This document shows positions 1-11,545 of a DNA stretch of 64,000 nt, one piece after another. Position 1 is the stretch's first letter. The number at the start of each line of letters is the position of its first letter. Both the position numbers and the translations under genes were made by a program. The notes beneath the pieces were generated by a model. It was not told the origin of the DNA. It was given only the letters and a program-made list of their open reading frames with translations, and did not search any database. This DNA comes from Lobosporangium transversale (Eukaryota): positions 310,001 to 374,000 of the forward strand of contig NW_019028982.1 of NCBI RefSeq assembly GCF_002105155.1, given 5' to 3'.

Positions 1-331
1 AGGACAGCCATGTGAGCTTGACGTCTATGTTGAGGCAAAAAAAAAAAAAAAAAAAAAAATTAGTCCCTCGAAGTAAAGGACAATGGATTCCATTCTATGT
101 CAAACCCAGTATCAGCGATAGATTCATATTGCGATGATTTGAATGTTAGCCCAATTACCTGTCAAGGGCCTTAGCACACTCACGGAGACCACGGGCAAGG
201 CCGTCGTGGACAAGGGCGCGCTTCAGAACATCCTGAAGGGCCTCCTCAACGGACATTTGGCCACGAGCAGAGGCATCGGCAGCGACCTCAACCTCAGCGA
301 CCTGGTTAGCGGCATCTCTTTCTTCAGACAT
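1..331 (-). CDS. RPS12: 40S ribosomal protein S12 (eS12); 5' part only, runs off the window edge
   Basis: ATG at 331. Exon 331-159 encodes MSEERDAA...[29 protein letters not shown]. After a GT-AG intron (158-25) it continues in frame as RQAHMAVL. This is the classic eS12 sequence. Confidence 0.95.
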
Positions 332-521
332 TGTTGTATAAAACTTGGGAGTAGACGTCCTCGCTAATGATAGAATGGTCGATGGAGTATGTAATGTGGA
401 TGAATATAATGTCACATTAAAAAGAGCTCGATGATCGTAATGATGATGACGATGGTGATGACCAGACAACATATGTTTGAAATGGAGTGCCGACAATAGT
501 GAATGTCGATTCATGATTTTT

Positions 522-603
522 TCAGTATTGAATCGCTTCGTAAGGGATCCCAATGAGGAAATGGCATTCCAATGACTAAAGAATATATCCTTCCTGTCAT
601 CAT
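522..603 (-). ncRNA. Candidate box C/D snoRNA inside a putative 5'-UTR intron (about 364-751) of RPS12
   Basis: Minus strand has ATGATGA (603-597) and CTGA (525-522), spanning 82 nt on the RPS12 sense strand. It lies between a GTAAGT donor at 751 and a TAG acceptor at about 364. No rRNA target recognised. Confidence 0.3.
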
Positions 604-1660
604 GATTATGGCAACAGTATATAGTCATAAAAGAAAAACCACCATCCTGATTTCTACTTTTGATCCCGATGCTGATGCTGATCCCGAGCCCATAAAGTTG
701 ATCCTTATTCCAACGATCAAATGCTGAAATGCAATAGGTTGAGGAACTTACATGTCACAAAAGTGAAAGATTCACATATTTCAAATTTTTGTTCAACCTT
801 TATTCTTGCAAAAGAAATTAACATTTACATGAGCTTTGCATACTAATCGTCATAAATAATCACATGACCGAACACGACTATAATAAGATTCGGGCTCTTG
901 GGGTTCAGGAACGTTTGATAGCTCATCTCCAATCTGGCGGTCGACTGACTGAGTGTGATTGACGGGTGGTAAGGTTAAGTCCGAGGAAAGGGTGAAGGCG
1001 CTAAATCGCAGCGCAACAATGTTCTCATACTGATGAGACTGTGCTGTGTGTCTGAGCCTACACTTTAAAAAAAAAACCCATAGGCGTTTCGACCTTCGCA
1101 TGTGCTGTGCATGCCTAGAAAAGAAAAAAGTGACGACTCGTCTCATTAGTCGTTTCTCTCTTGTTTTTCTGTTACTTTACACTCTTCTTTCCCAACTCAT
1201 TTCCCCCTACTTTTTTTTTTTTTTTTTTTTTTTTTGCTATCCGAGCTTTCTTAGTTTTTTTATTGTTCATACTCCTTTTTTTTTTTGTCTTCATAAACAC
1301 GAGATCAGACATTAGTTGTGCACACGGATCATGAAAAAGTGAACAGGCAAAACCCAATTCAACAACAAAAACAACAACAAGCGGCACGAGAGTCCATTTG
1401 TCAGTCAGTCAGCCAGACAAACTACCATCCTTGTCTTTGTGTCCGTGTGTTTGTGTGTATGTACACACTTTGGGTGCTCTGTGGTGTGTGGATGTCTATC
1501 CTTGTTTAGTCCACTGCTGTTTTTCACTCCATTCCGTCCCCCTTTTCTTTATTCTTCAAGAGTAAAGACAGATAGAAACACCTTATATATATATCCCCTA
1601 TCTTCCCATTTTCTTTTTCTTTTTCTTTTTTTTTTTTTTTTTTTTTTTTTTTCTACGGCC

Positions 1661-4043
1661 ATGCCTCCGCCTCTTCCATTACCTTCATCCTTCCCAGCTG
1701 CTCCCGAAGTTCTACTTCCGCAACAGGTACGGAAACCGGATACGAATTTACTACAGAGCAGCAACAACAACGACCCTTGGCCAAAAGCTTTTTCTCCCGA
1801 ACTAGAACAAGAACAAACTTTAGACATCAAACAGCAAAATCAGGAATCTTTGTCCCAGCATAAACAACAGCCGTATGAAGAATCACAACAACAGGGGCAA
1901 CAATCTTTTCCTCTCTATCAACATCAGCAACCTTTCATACAACTACCTACTATAATTGCCTCTCCTTCCTCAACACCATCATCGTCGATTATACCCCCTT
2001 CCTTATCAACCTATCCTACAGTCTTCCAAAGCTCACTTGAACAATATCCAATTAGCGATCCACAGCAACCGTCTTTTCCTTCACCTCCAGTGTCGGATGA
2101 CGAAGACATTACGTGGTTCGTGATCTTGCTTCTCGCGATAGCTATCATCATTACAATCGCCACTGTTATTCGATCCTGTGGCCAAAAGGCTGGATGGCTC
2201 ACAGGATCTTCATCATCGTCGCAGTCATCATCTCAGAGCAGTCGTCATGGTGGAGGAAGTGCTGGGCGCGGAGGTAGAGGAGGTCGAGGTTATGGAGCGC
2301 ACCCCATTCCAAATTGGGAAGAGGATCCGGAGGCGACTGAAGAAAGGCTGGCTGCCCTGTCAGATAGTGAACGACAAGCATATGATGCTGCACATGGTGA
2401 GTAATTATACAAAAATGATTATTTATTTATTTTTCTTTCTTCCGAAAGACACATGTGAGATCAAGATGCAAGGGAACAATGCGGTTGCAAAGACAGGACT
2501 GCACAACAATCACCTACTCATATACCACGTTTGGAATCAAGGGCAGCTATGCTGTGAAACGTTAGTCTGGACCATGTGGTTCCTTGCGGCCTAGGACAAC
2601 CTGTCAGCTGATACGACAGGGATGACAGGGCGTTAATGCAATTGTATCACGGATTGAAGTGCTTTTTCTGTTTGTTTGCTCTATTATTCACAATGATGAT
2701 ATCTTCATTTAATCTTTCAGCCTTCCAATTAGTCCATCCACCCAACAGTATACCTACAGACATCTCGCTATCTCAATACCTCTCAATTCAGGAAAAGGGC
2801 GTTTCCGCATGGGAGTTTGAGGCGTCTTATGATCATCAGCTCTATGTCCACGACAGGACGGAGCTCTCATTCTTTGACCAGATCGCGTGTGTTCAAACTA
2901 ATTTGCCTTTACCAAAGCAGCAGGAGGTATACTATTGGGAAGTCAAGATGTTTGAAAAGAGTCCCAACACCATTGTTTCTGTCGGTGTCACCACCAAGCC
3001 CTATCCAACAACTAGGTTACCAGGTATTGATCATCACTATGCTTCGCTGTACCAAAATACTATGAAAGAAAAAAAAAAAAAAAAAAAAAAAAAAGCCTCT
3101 AAATTTGCTATTATTAATACCAGTTTTATTGTTCAATTTTTTTTTCTTCCTTTTCTTTCCCTTAGGATGGAATCGTCATTCAGCAGGATACTTTTCTCAC
3201 AATGGACAGAAATACTGCAACTCTCTCTGGAGTGGTCACACATATGGTCCCATTTACTTTGAGGGAGATGTTATTGGATGTGGATACCGACCACGGCACG
3301 GTACTATCTTTTTCACACGCAATGGCAAACGTATCGAAGATGCTTACACGGGTTTTGGAAGGATGAATCTGTTTCCGACTGTGGGGGCAACAGGGCCATG
3401 TGTATTACATGTAAACTTTGGGCAGTCAGGATTTGTATTTGTAGAGGCCAATGTCAAGAAATGGGGTCTAGCACCTGCAAGTGGATCACTGGCCCCTCCT
3501 CCTGCATATGGTAGTGAGATGGGCTCGATCCTGTTGGAGGCAGCGGGATCTGATCCGAATCATCATTTGGGTTCCATAGGCGGCAGCTCACTTGTTTCTA
3601 GAGGTAGACCGATACTTCAGTCAGGCTCTTCCAGAACACGGGTACACAGCGCAGGAGCATCACGATTCGAGGATCTATCGTCACGAGTGGCAACGACAAA
3701 TGGAGTTGGAACTGGCGAAGGTGTTGGCTCAAACTCTGGAGCTGAGATACAGAATGGTGATCGGACATCAGCATCGCCGGTCCGGATCTCGATTGGCACC
3801 ATGTTGCCGCCCCCACCCAACTATTCGAGTTTGGATCGGTATGGACACCCACGGTACAACGATGTTACGGCTACAGAACAAGGGACGGATGGCCATGGAT
3901 ACAGCCATAGTCCTGGAGATGCTGAGGATGATGATGCTAGTAGTATTACAAGTACACAAAGCGATGAATCTGCGACATTTTTGTTGGCTAACGCTCAACG
4001 TGAAGAAGTGCATCATGTTGAATCAATGAACAGTTTTGAATAA
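1661..4043 (+). CDS. SSH4: Single-pass membrane SPRY-domain protein, Ssh4/Ear1 family (Rsp5 adaptor)
   Basis: Exons about 1661-2396, 2721-3023 and 3166-4043. TM helix ITWFVILLLAIAIIITIATVI. SPRY motifs YYWEVKM, GVTTKPYP, LPGWNRHS, GDVIGCGY, FFTRNG and NFGQSGFVFVEANVKKWGLAP. PPAY motif present. Confidence 0.88.
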
Positions 4044-4301
4044 AGAAAGCGCTGTGGGCGATATTGTATCATACTAGTTTTGACAGATGTGTTGATGTCC
4101 TTTTCTTTAAGCATGTTTCGGTTAAAATTTTTTAATTAAGTTTTACCAACATGAACTATTTTATTTTATTTCTTTTCGGCTCCTTTCTTCGGCTCCATTT
4201 TTTTCTCCATTCTTTCTTCTTCTTTCATTACCATTACTATTACTATTACCATTACCATTCCTATTCAGTCTCATTCTTTTATTTTTTGTTTTAAACCAAC
4301 C

Positions 4302-4481
4302 ATGGGTGTTCAAAAGAGCAGCAAAGAAATCGCCAACCACAACTACAGCAAGAGGGCCTACAAGGTCGGAGGATACTCGTCATTTGAGGAGTTCTATCCG
4401 TACTATCTCTCAGAGCATTGCAATCCCATTAACCGACGTCTGCATCTTTTTGGTAATTAAAGATACACTTTTATACCATCG

Positions 4482-4522
<41 letters not shown>

Positions 4523-4676
4523 ACGAAAACCAAAAACCTCTTTCTTGACTGAATAATAATCGAATGCTCTTCTTTGTCCTGGTTTTTGGTAAAAAGCAAC
4601 GACGAATGTAGTCGCCATTCTTGGCTATTTGGTTATGACGAGGCAACTCCGGTTTTGGTGGGTCACACTTCTTCAA

Positions 4677-4709
<33 letters not shown>

Positions 4710-5063
4710 CACGCATGTATACAATTTGTTCATTCATCTTTGGAGGAGATAGGAAGAAAGCCCTTTTTTTAAAACTCTTTTGGTTTCTTTCTAATTAGGA
4801 TATGGACTCGCATGGGTCGGACATTTCATCTTTGAGAAGAATAAGCCTGCGACATTTAAGCATCCCATCTATTCTGTAAGTTATCATGCGTTATTCACAA
4901 GTGATTACTTAAAGAAAAAAAAAAAAAAAGATGATGTTTTACTTTTTTTTTTTTTTTTTTCTCTTTATTAACGAATTTCTAAAAAAATGATTCCCTAACA
5001 TTTTAGTTCATGGGCGATTGGAAGATGTGGTACGAGGTTATCACTGGAAAGCGCAGGTTCTGA
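4302..5063 (+). CDS. Small DUF962/Mpo1-like membrane protein, 121 aa, 4 exons (not in ORF track)
   Basis: Exons 4302-4452, 4597-4677, 4799-4875 and 5007-5063 splice in frame through GT-AG introns. They give SFEEFYPYYLSEHCNPINRRLH...GYGLAWVGHFIFEKNKPATFKHPIYSFMGDW, the DUF962 signature. Confidence 0.88.
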
Positions 5064-5341
5064 AGGTGTAATTGTATCAACAATAAAAAAAAATAAAAAT
5101 AAAAAAAATTGATGAATGATTCTAGAATTCAAATTCTTCGTTCGCATCCTTTACTGTCGAGCAAATTTAGAGTTAAAATAAAAACACAAACTGTATGCAC
5201 TCACTCTAAAAACATTTTTTTTTTTTTTTTTTTCCTTAACAAGTTGGGGAAGCTTCTTTCTTTTTCTTTTGCTCATGTCTATTTATTTACACTACCAGAT
5301 CACAACCAGCACTCTAGAATGAAAGAAATAAAGTCCTTGTC

Positions 5342-6909
5342 TTAATTACTATAAGTCCAGGTGGAAGTTCCGTCGCGCTGGAGAACAGGGGTTTCGGAAC
5401 GGTGGTACAGAGTTCTGGCACGGATATAGGGGTCCAACTTGAAATACGCAACTCTCAATTCACTAGCCAGCTGTGTACGATCCTGCTCAATCTCAGCCTC
5501 GGATCTTCCGCCCTCAGTCTTGCCGCTCTGGATCCACTCCTGAGTAACGGCCTCAAACTTCCAGAGGATGCTCTTCCATTCCTCCGTCAGCTTGTCCTTC
5601 ATCTCTGCATCGTTCATGCACTCGTTCTCACCAGGGACAGGAGACACATACTTGTATGTGAAATTGTCCTTACCACCATCATACTTGGCTGGCAAATGGT
5701 TAGGGTCAATGATCTCGAGCAATTCCTTGTCGCTACGGGTGAACCGGATCTTGGAAGCGACCACGGGATCAAGCCAGGGCTCGATCACCTTCCAGACACC
5801 CCAAAAGACTAATGGTGCCTTGTGAACTATAAGGATACCAAGGGATTCGGGATAGTAGGCTTCAAAGCACTGGACCAGGAACTTTACAAAGTTATAGTCC
5901 ATGTTGGAAAGTCCAAAGCCAGTCATATCAAAGACCAAGCAGGCAGTCTCGACAGGGGGCTGGATCATCAAACGACCAGTCTCCATGACGTAGATGGTGA
6001 ACTTTTCCAGTGCCTTTTGATCCTGATCTGCAGGCTTGTGTAAGCGAACATTAATATAGCTATCATTTTGAATGTATATAAAGAAAGGGAGGGGAAAAAA
6101 AAAAAATCGTTAAAGAAATGCCTCACTTGAGATCTGTTCGTTATTTCACACAGTCTTTGCATGATAGAATTGATGAGCTTAATATTAATATGATCTCCTG
6201 CTTCCCCAAGATAAAAAAAATTCCGTCACACACAGATAAGCAGCCCTCCCAAATATTCGCTAAAAAAAAAAAAAAAAAAAAAAAAAGTAAAAAGACTTAC
6301 ACAACAGGTCGTCCCATCTTGTCAGTGCCATGGAAATACGATTTGCCCATTTCCAACTGTAGTTTGAAACCGCGGTACTTGGCACTGAGCTCGTCCTCGT
6401 TCTTTGCCTTGACTTCTTCGATATCATCCTCAATACGCCACTTGAATGCCTTGAGAATCATGTTTAAGCCATTGGTCACATTCCACTTGCGTGCACGAAG
6501 GAAACGAAGGAGAAGAGAATCTGGACAAATATAAAGATAAATAAAAAAAAGGTACAGATTCAGAAATTGGGTTCCTTTGTCCTTGATTAACAGAGGATGT
6601 ATGAAATGATCCATCGAAATCTACAAGCATATCCATAAATGGTCCATTTCATTTACCAGGGTGATCACCAAGGATATTGTTCCAGAGTGCAGGGCGGAGG
6701 TGTTCCTTGTCAAGTCCAAGATCTTTTAGACTGATACGTCCCACTGCAGCAGGATCTGAGGAAGGAAGGTCTTTAGAAGGCTCGATAATGCCAGCTTCAG
6801 TGAGCTGCAAGATCTGGGCCCACATCTGCTTGAGAAGGACTTTCTGGTCAGGGGTCAGACATCCAATATAGCCTGTGCCTGGAGGAGTGGCGATATCACC
6901 TTTTGCCAT
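5342..6909 (-). CDS. CRAL-TRIO/Sec14-family phosphatidylinositol transfer protein (Csr1-like)
   Basis: Exons 6909-6657, 6520-6301 and 6059-5342. Motifs DHPDSLLLRFLRARKWNV, FDMTGFGLSNMDY, FEAYYPESLG and PWLDPVVASKI. Confidence 0.92.
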
Positions 6910-7752
6910 GATGTAAGGGTCTTTCTTTTTTTTCTTTTTCTTTTAAAGAAAGACAGAGAGAAAGAGAGAGAAAGAGAGGTGAAGAAATGAGAAATAAGAA
7001 ATGAGGAATGAGATGAGAATTTAAAACAAAAAGAGATGATAAAAACCATTTTTCTCCCCCTGAATGACTGTTGGAGCTAAGGAAATGATTGTCAGGTGAG
7101 TGCTTTTGTGGAGAGAGAGAATCTGCTGCTTCTCCCTTCTCCTGCATCCTCGCATTCTCCACAAAAGAATGAAATTGGCTCTCTCGTCTAAGTAAGTAAA
7201 AAGAAAATAAAACAAGAGCCATCCACATTCGTGCCTATTGTGTGTCGTGTCTCGTGTGTCCTGTGTCGTGTGTTGTCGTGCGAAGGTTGGTCAGGGCAAA
7301 TGAGGTTTTAATAAACAAATTATTCTTGAACAAAGGAAACAATTCTGACCGTTGTATCAGGTCCTTTTTTTTTTCTTTTTTCTTTTTTTGCTAGGACACA
7401 GACTCAATAAACAATAGAACAGACTTTCTGAACTGAGAAACATTACAAAAAAAAAAAAAGTACCGGTTTGAGGAGAAAGCCGCATTCCCAATTGGTGTAA
7501 CGATGATCCCCCTTTCCCCATCTTTGGATAGATCTGACAAAAGACAGGATTTGACATTGACATTACAAAAAAAGTGAAAAATGAAAGAGCAACAATAGAT
7601 GGTCTCTTTTCATGCCTAGTCAAATGTGTATGTACATCATTATATTTATACACACAAAGGAAAAGAAAATAAACATTCGCAATAACAATAAATTGTATAT
7701 ATTAAAAAACAACAACAGTTCAGATTTTTATTAGTGATAAGCTGAAAAATTC

Positions 7753-9067
7753 TTAACGAGAGAGAGAAGCAAAGGCCTTGGTGACGGAACGCTTGAGCTT
7801 GCGCTGGGCGAGAACGAAGGTATCCTTCTCAGCGAGCTCTTCAATCTGAAGGGCAGCCATGGCCTCCTCAAGAGCCTCCTCAACGGCCCTCTTGTCTGCA
7901 CGCTTGAGCTTCATGGAAACATTGGGTTCATTGAGAGTGCCCTGGATCTGGTACACATACGACTCGAGGTCCTGCTTGGACTGAACAATCTCCTCGTTCT
8001 TGCGGTCCTCATCCTTGAACTTCTCGGCCTCAGAGACCATACGCTCGATATCTGCAGCAGAGAGACGACCAGCTCCGTTGGTGATGGTAATGTTGGCCTT
8101 GCGACCAGTGGCCTTGTCCATAGCAGTGACTTTAAGAATACCGTTGGCATCCAACTCAAAGGTACACTCGAGCTCGGGGGTACCACGGGGCATAGGGGCA
8201 ATGCCAGAGAGCTCGAACTTGCCAAGCAAGTTGTTATCACGGGTCATGGGACGCTCACCCTCATAGACTGGGAACTGGACAGTAGTCTGACCATCCTCAG
8301 TGGTGGTGAAGGTCTTCTTCTTGATGGTGGGGATAGCAGTGTTACGGGGAACGACAACAGCCATGACACCACCCTGCATCTCAACTCCGAGTGAGAGAGG
8401 GACAACATCCAAGAGCAAAAGATCCTGGGTCTTGGCATTACCGGCCTGGTTGGTCAAGACAGCGGCCTGGACGGCAGCACCATAGGCAACGGCCTCATCA
8501 GGGTTGATCGACTTGTTCAACTCCTTTCCATCAAAGAACTCCTGGAGAAGAGACTGGATCTTGGGGATACGGGTGGAACCACCGACAAGGACGATCTCAT
8601 CGACCTCCTTCTTGGTGTACTTGGCATCCTTGAGAACCTTCTTGACGGGCTCGATGGTGTTGTTGAAGTGAGTAGAGTTGAGCTCCTCGAAACGGGCACG
8701 GGTGATGTTGGCCTGGAAGTCAACACCCTCGAAGAGAGAGTCAACCTCGATCGTGGTCTGGGCCAATGAGGACAAGGTGCGCTTAGCACGCTCGCAAGCA
8801 GTGCGGAGACGGCGGGTGGCACGGGCATCACCAGAGATGTCCTTCTTGTGCTTGCGCTTGAACTCCTCCTTGAAGTGCTCCAAGAGAGTGTTATCGAAAT
8901 CCTCACCTCCCAAGTGGGTGTCACCAGCAGTGGCCTTGACGGCGAAGACACCTCCAGTGATGGACAAGAGGGAAACATCGAACGTTCCACCACCGAGATC
9001 GAAAATGAGGACGTTCTTCTCCTTGGTCTCCTTCGAGTCCAAACCGTAAGCAATGGCAGCAGCAGTG

Positions 9068-9111
<44 letters not shown>

Positions 9112-9788
9112 AGCATCCTTGGTGGCGTGACGCTGAGCATCGTTGAAGTAGGCGGGGACGGTGATGACAGCCTTGGTGACGGTCTTGCCGAGCTTGGCCT
9201 CAGCGATCTCCTTCATCTTGACCAAGACCATAGCAGAGATCTCCTGGGGAGAGAACTCCTTCTTCTCGCCCTGGTAATCGACCTGGATGAAAGGAGCAGT
9301 GTCCTTATCGATGACGGTGAAGGGCCAGTGCTTCATATCAGCCTTAACCTCGGGATCATCGAAGCGGCGACCGATGAGACGCTTGGCATCGAAAACGGTG
9401 TTGGTGGGGTTCATGGCAGCCTGGTTCTTGGCGGCATCACCGATGAGACGCTCCTGCTCGGAGAAGGCAACGTACGAAGGAGTAGTACGGTTACCCTGCT
9501 CGTTAGCGATAATCTCAACACGCTCGCCCTCCCAGACGGCAACGCAGGAGTAGGTGGTACTATAAATATGACAGAGGAACAAAGCGTGGAAAATGGGTCA
9601 ATATTTTAAAAATTTTTGGAAGTATAGCAATTCATAATGATTGCTGCTTTTTTGTTCCAGATTGTTAGATACGATTTTCTTTCCAGCAGTGCGTGGCGAT
9701 CAGGGGTCGATGTTTGGTTGTTCACATATTGCAGTAATAATATTGAAATGGTCCAGGGTTGGTTGAGAGGAAGGAGGAAGGAGGAAGG

Positions 9789-9819
<31 letters not shown>

Positions 9820-10258
9820 CATCCCGACAAAAAGTGAGCACTGAATTCGAACCAAGATGTCGATTCAAACCAAATCCCAGATTTTCAAATTGCTCAACAG
9901 CAAATTTATAAAAGTTGCATAATGGGAATGGAATCAAAATTCCATGATTGAACTTTGGATCAGAATTCCTATTGAAATGTATTCGTGCCTGAATCGATTT
10001 TCTTTCCTCTTTCCTCTTTCTTTTTTTTTTTTTTTTTTTTTTTTTCTCTCTTTGTTGTTGAGTAGAATATCATTTCCTGAATATCCACAAGAGTTATCTT
10101 GATTTTAGTCGCTATCCCCTTTCTTCTTTTTTTTTCAACGAGGGAAATGGTCTAGTTCTCCTTCTTCTCTTCTCACTTCACACTTCATCCGCTATCCGTG
10201 GTGGGATATCGACATACCCGAGATCGATTCCGATGGCAAGGTCAGTGACTTCAGACAT
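7753..10258 (-). CDS. SSB1: Ribosome-associated Hsp70, Ssb type
   Basis: Exon 1 (10258-10218) [14 protein letters not shown], then a 658-nt intron, then exon 2 (9559-7753) TTYSCV...[14 protein letters not shown]...[10 protein letters not shown]. It ends [13 protein letters not shown] with no EEVD, as Ssb proteins do. Confidence 0.95.
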
Positions 10259-10608
10259 GTCGAAAAGATTTGTTGAAGAGAGAAAGGGTGGAACAAACAA
10301 CTGCCCAGGTGGCAGTCCATTTTGTGTATCATTGGAAAAATTTTTTGAGCTTAATCAGAAAGCAAAAGATAAATCGTCACCGAAAACCATCACAGACGCA
10401 AATGTAACTTGTCCCAATGGCTGAAGCTGAATATTGATGGGCAATTTTCTAAGTATTATTGCTATATGACTTTAGCCATATTTAATGTCCACAGATTGAT
10501 GATCTTGTTGCGCTCTTCCTACTAATTAAAATGAGCTTTTTTTTGTCTGATCTCTTTTTTTTTTTTATTTTTTATTTTTTATTTTTTGAAACGGGAAACC
10601 AACACACC

Positions 10609-11514
10609 ATGACAACCATCAGAGCATTAGAATTTTTTAGCGGGATCGGAGGACTAGTGCGTGTTCTATACAATTGCTTTTACACATTGGAAACACAAGG
10701 ATGGGCGGTCGGGGAAGATGCTAACTGTTTCGTTGAACCGAAATATAATAGCATTTTGGGTTCAATGCGAGTGGTGCTAAAGGCGAGGTCTTGGATAGCT
10801 TCGACATGAATCAGCAGGCTAATGATACATATCTATTAAGTTTTGGCAAAAAACCTGTATCGGTAATGATTGAGGATTTGAATTAGGGCTTTTTCTATTT
10901 CTTTTTTTTTTTTTTTTTTTTTTTCTCTTATGACTGAATAAAGTATTTGATCCGACTATAACTTCAACAGGATATATTATCTGGGATTTTTCTATTTTTG
11001 TGTATGTTTATTTAGAGAGGAATTGATCGATTAATGGTCAAGGACATTGAAAAGTAAGGAGTTGAAGGAAACTTGGGAGTTACCAACAAAAAAGTATGAT
11101 GAACCAATGTTTGACATTCTTTTCTTTTTTTAATTCTTTTTTTCTTAAAAAAAAAAAAAAAAAAAAAAAAAGATATAACGCAAATTGCTGGCTAATGAGT
11201 CCACCATGTCAGGTACTCTTAAAGAAAGATCTTTTTATATATATGTGGATCACGAAAGCAGCATTGGAAAGAAAGAAAAAAAAAAAAAAAAAAAAAAAAG
11301 AAAAAGAAAGAAATAAAGATCAATCGAACTAATATCAATCAACAATATAGCCGTACACACGGGGAGGAAAGTTACTTGATGATCAAGACAATCGGGCGAA
11401 GCCTTTATTACATCTCTTGGATCAGCTTGAAAGGATGTCATCACCACCAACGTATGTTTTCCTAGAAAATGTCAAGAACTTCGAGGTACACGATTATAGT
11501 TATTAAAAGGAAGG

Positions 11515-11545
<31 letters not shown>

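Noticed and set aside
8848..9609. Long antisense ORFs over SSB, and similar ones over ILV3 (13155-14072) and MET6
   Set aside because: These are the expected shadow of strong codon bias in highly expressed genes. They have no independent protein features.
9843..9853. B-box-like GGTTCGAATTC on the minus strand, suggesting a tRNA
   Set aside because: No cloverleaf. The enclosing stem spans only about 62 nt, with no D-arm or anticodon arm.
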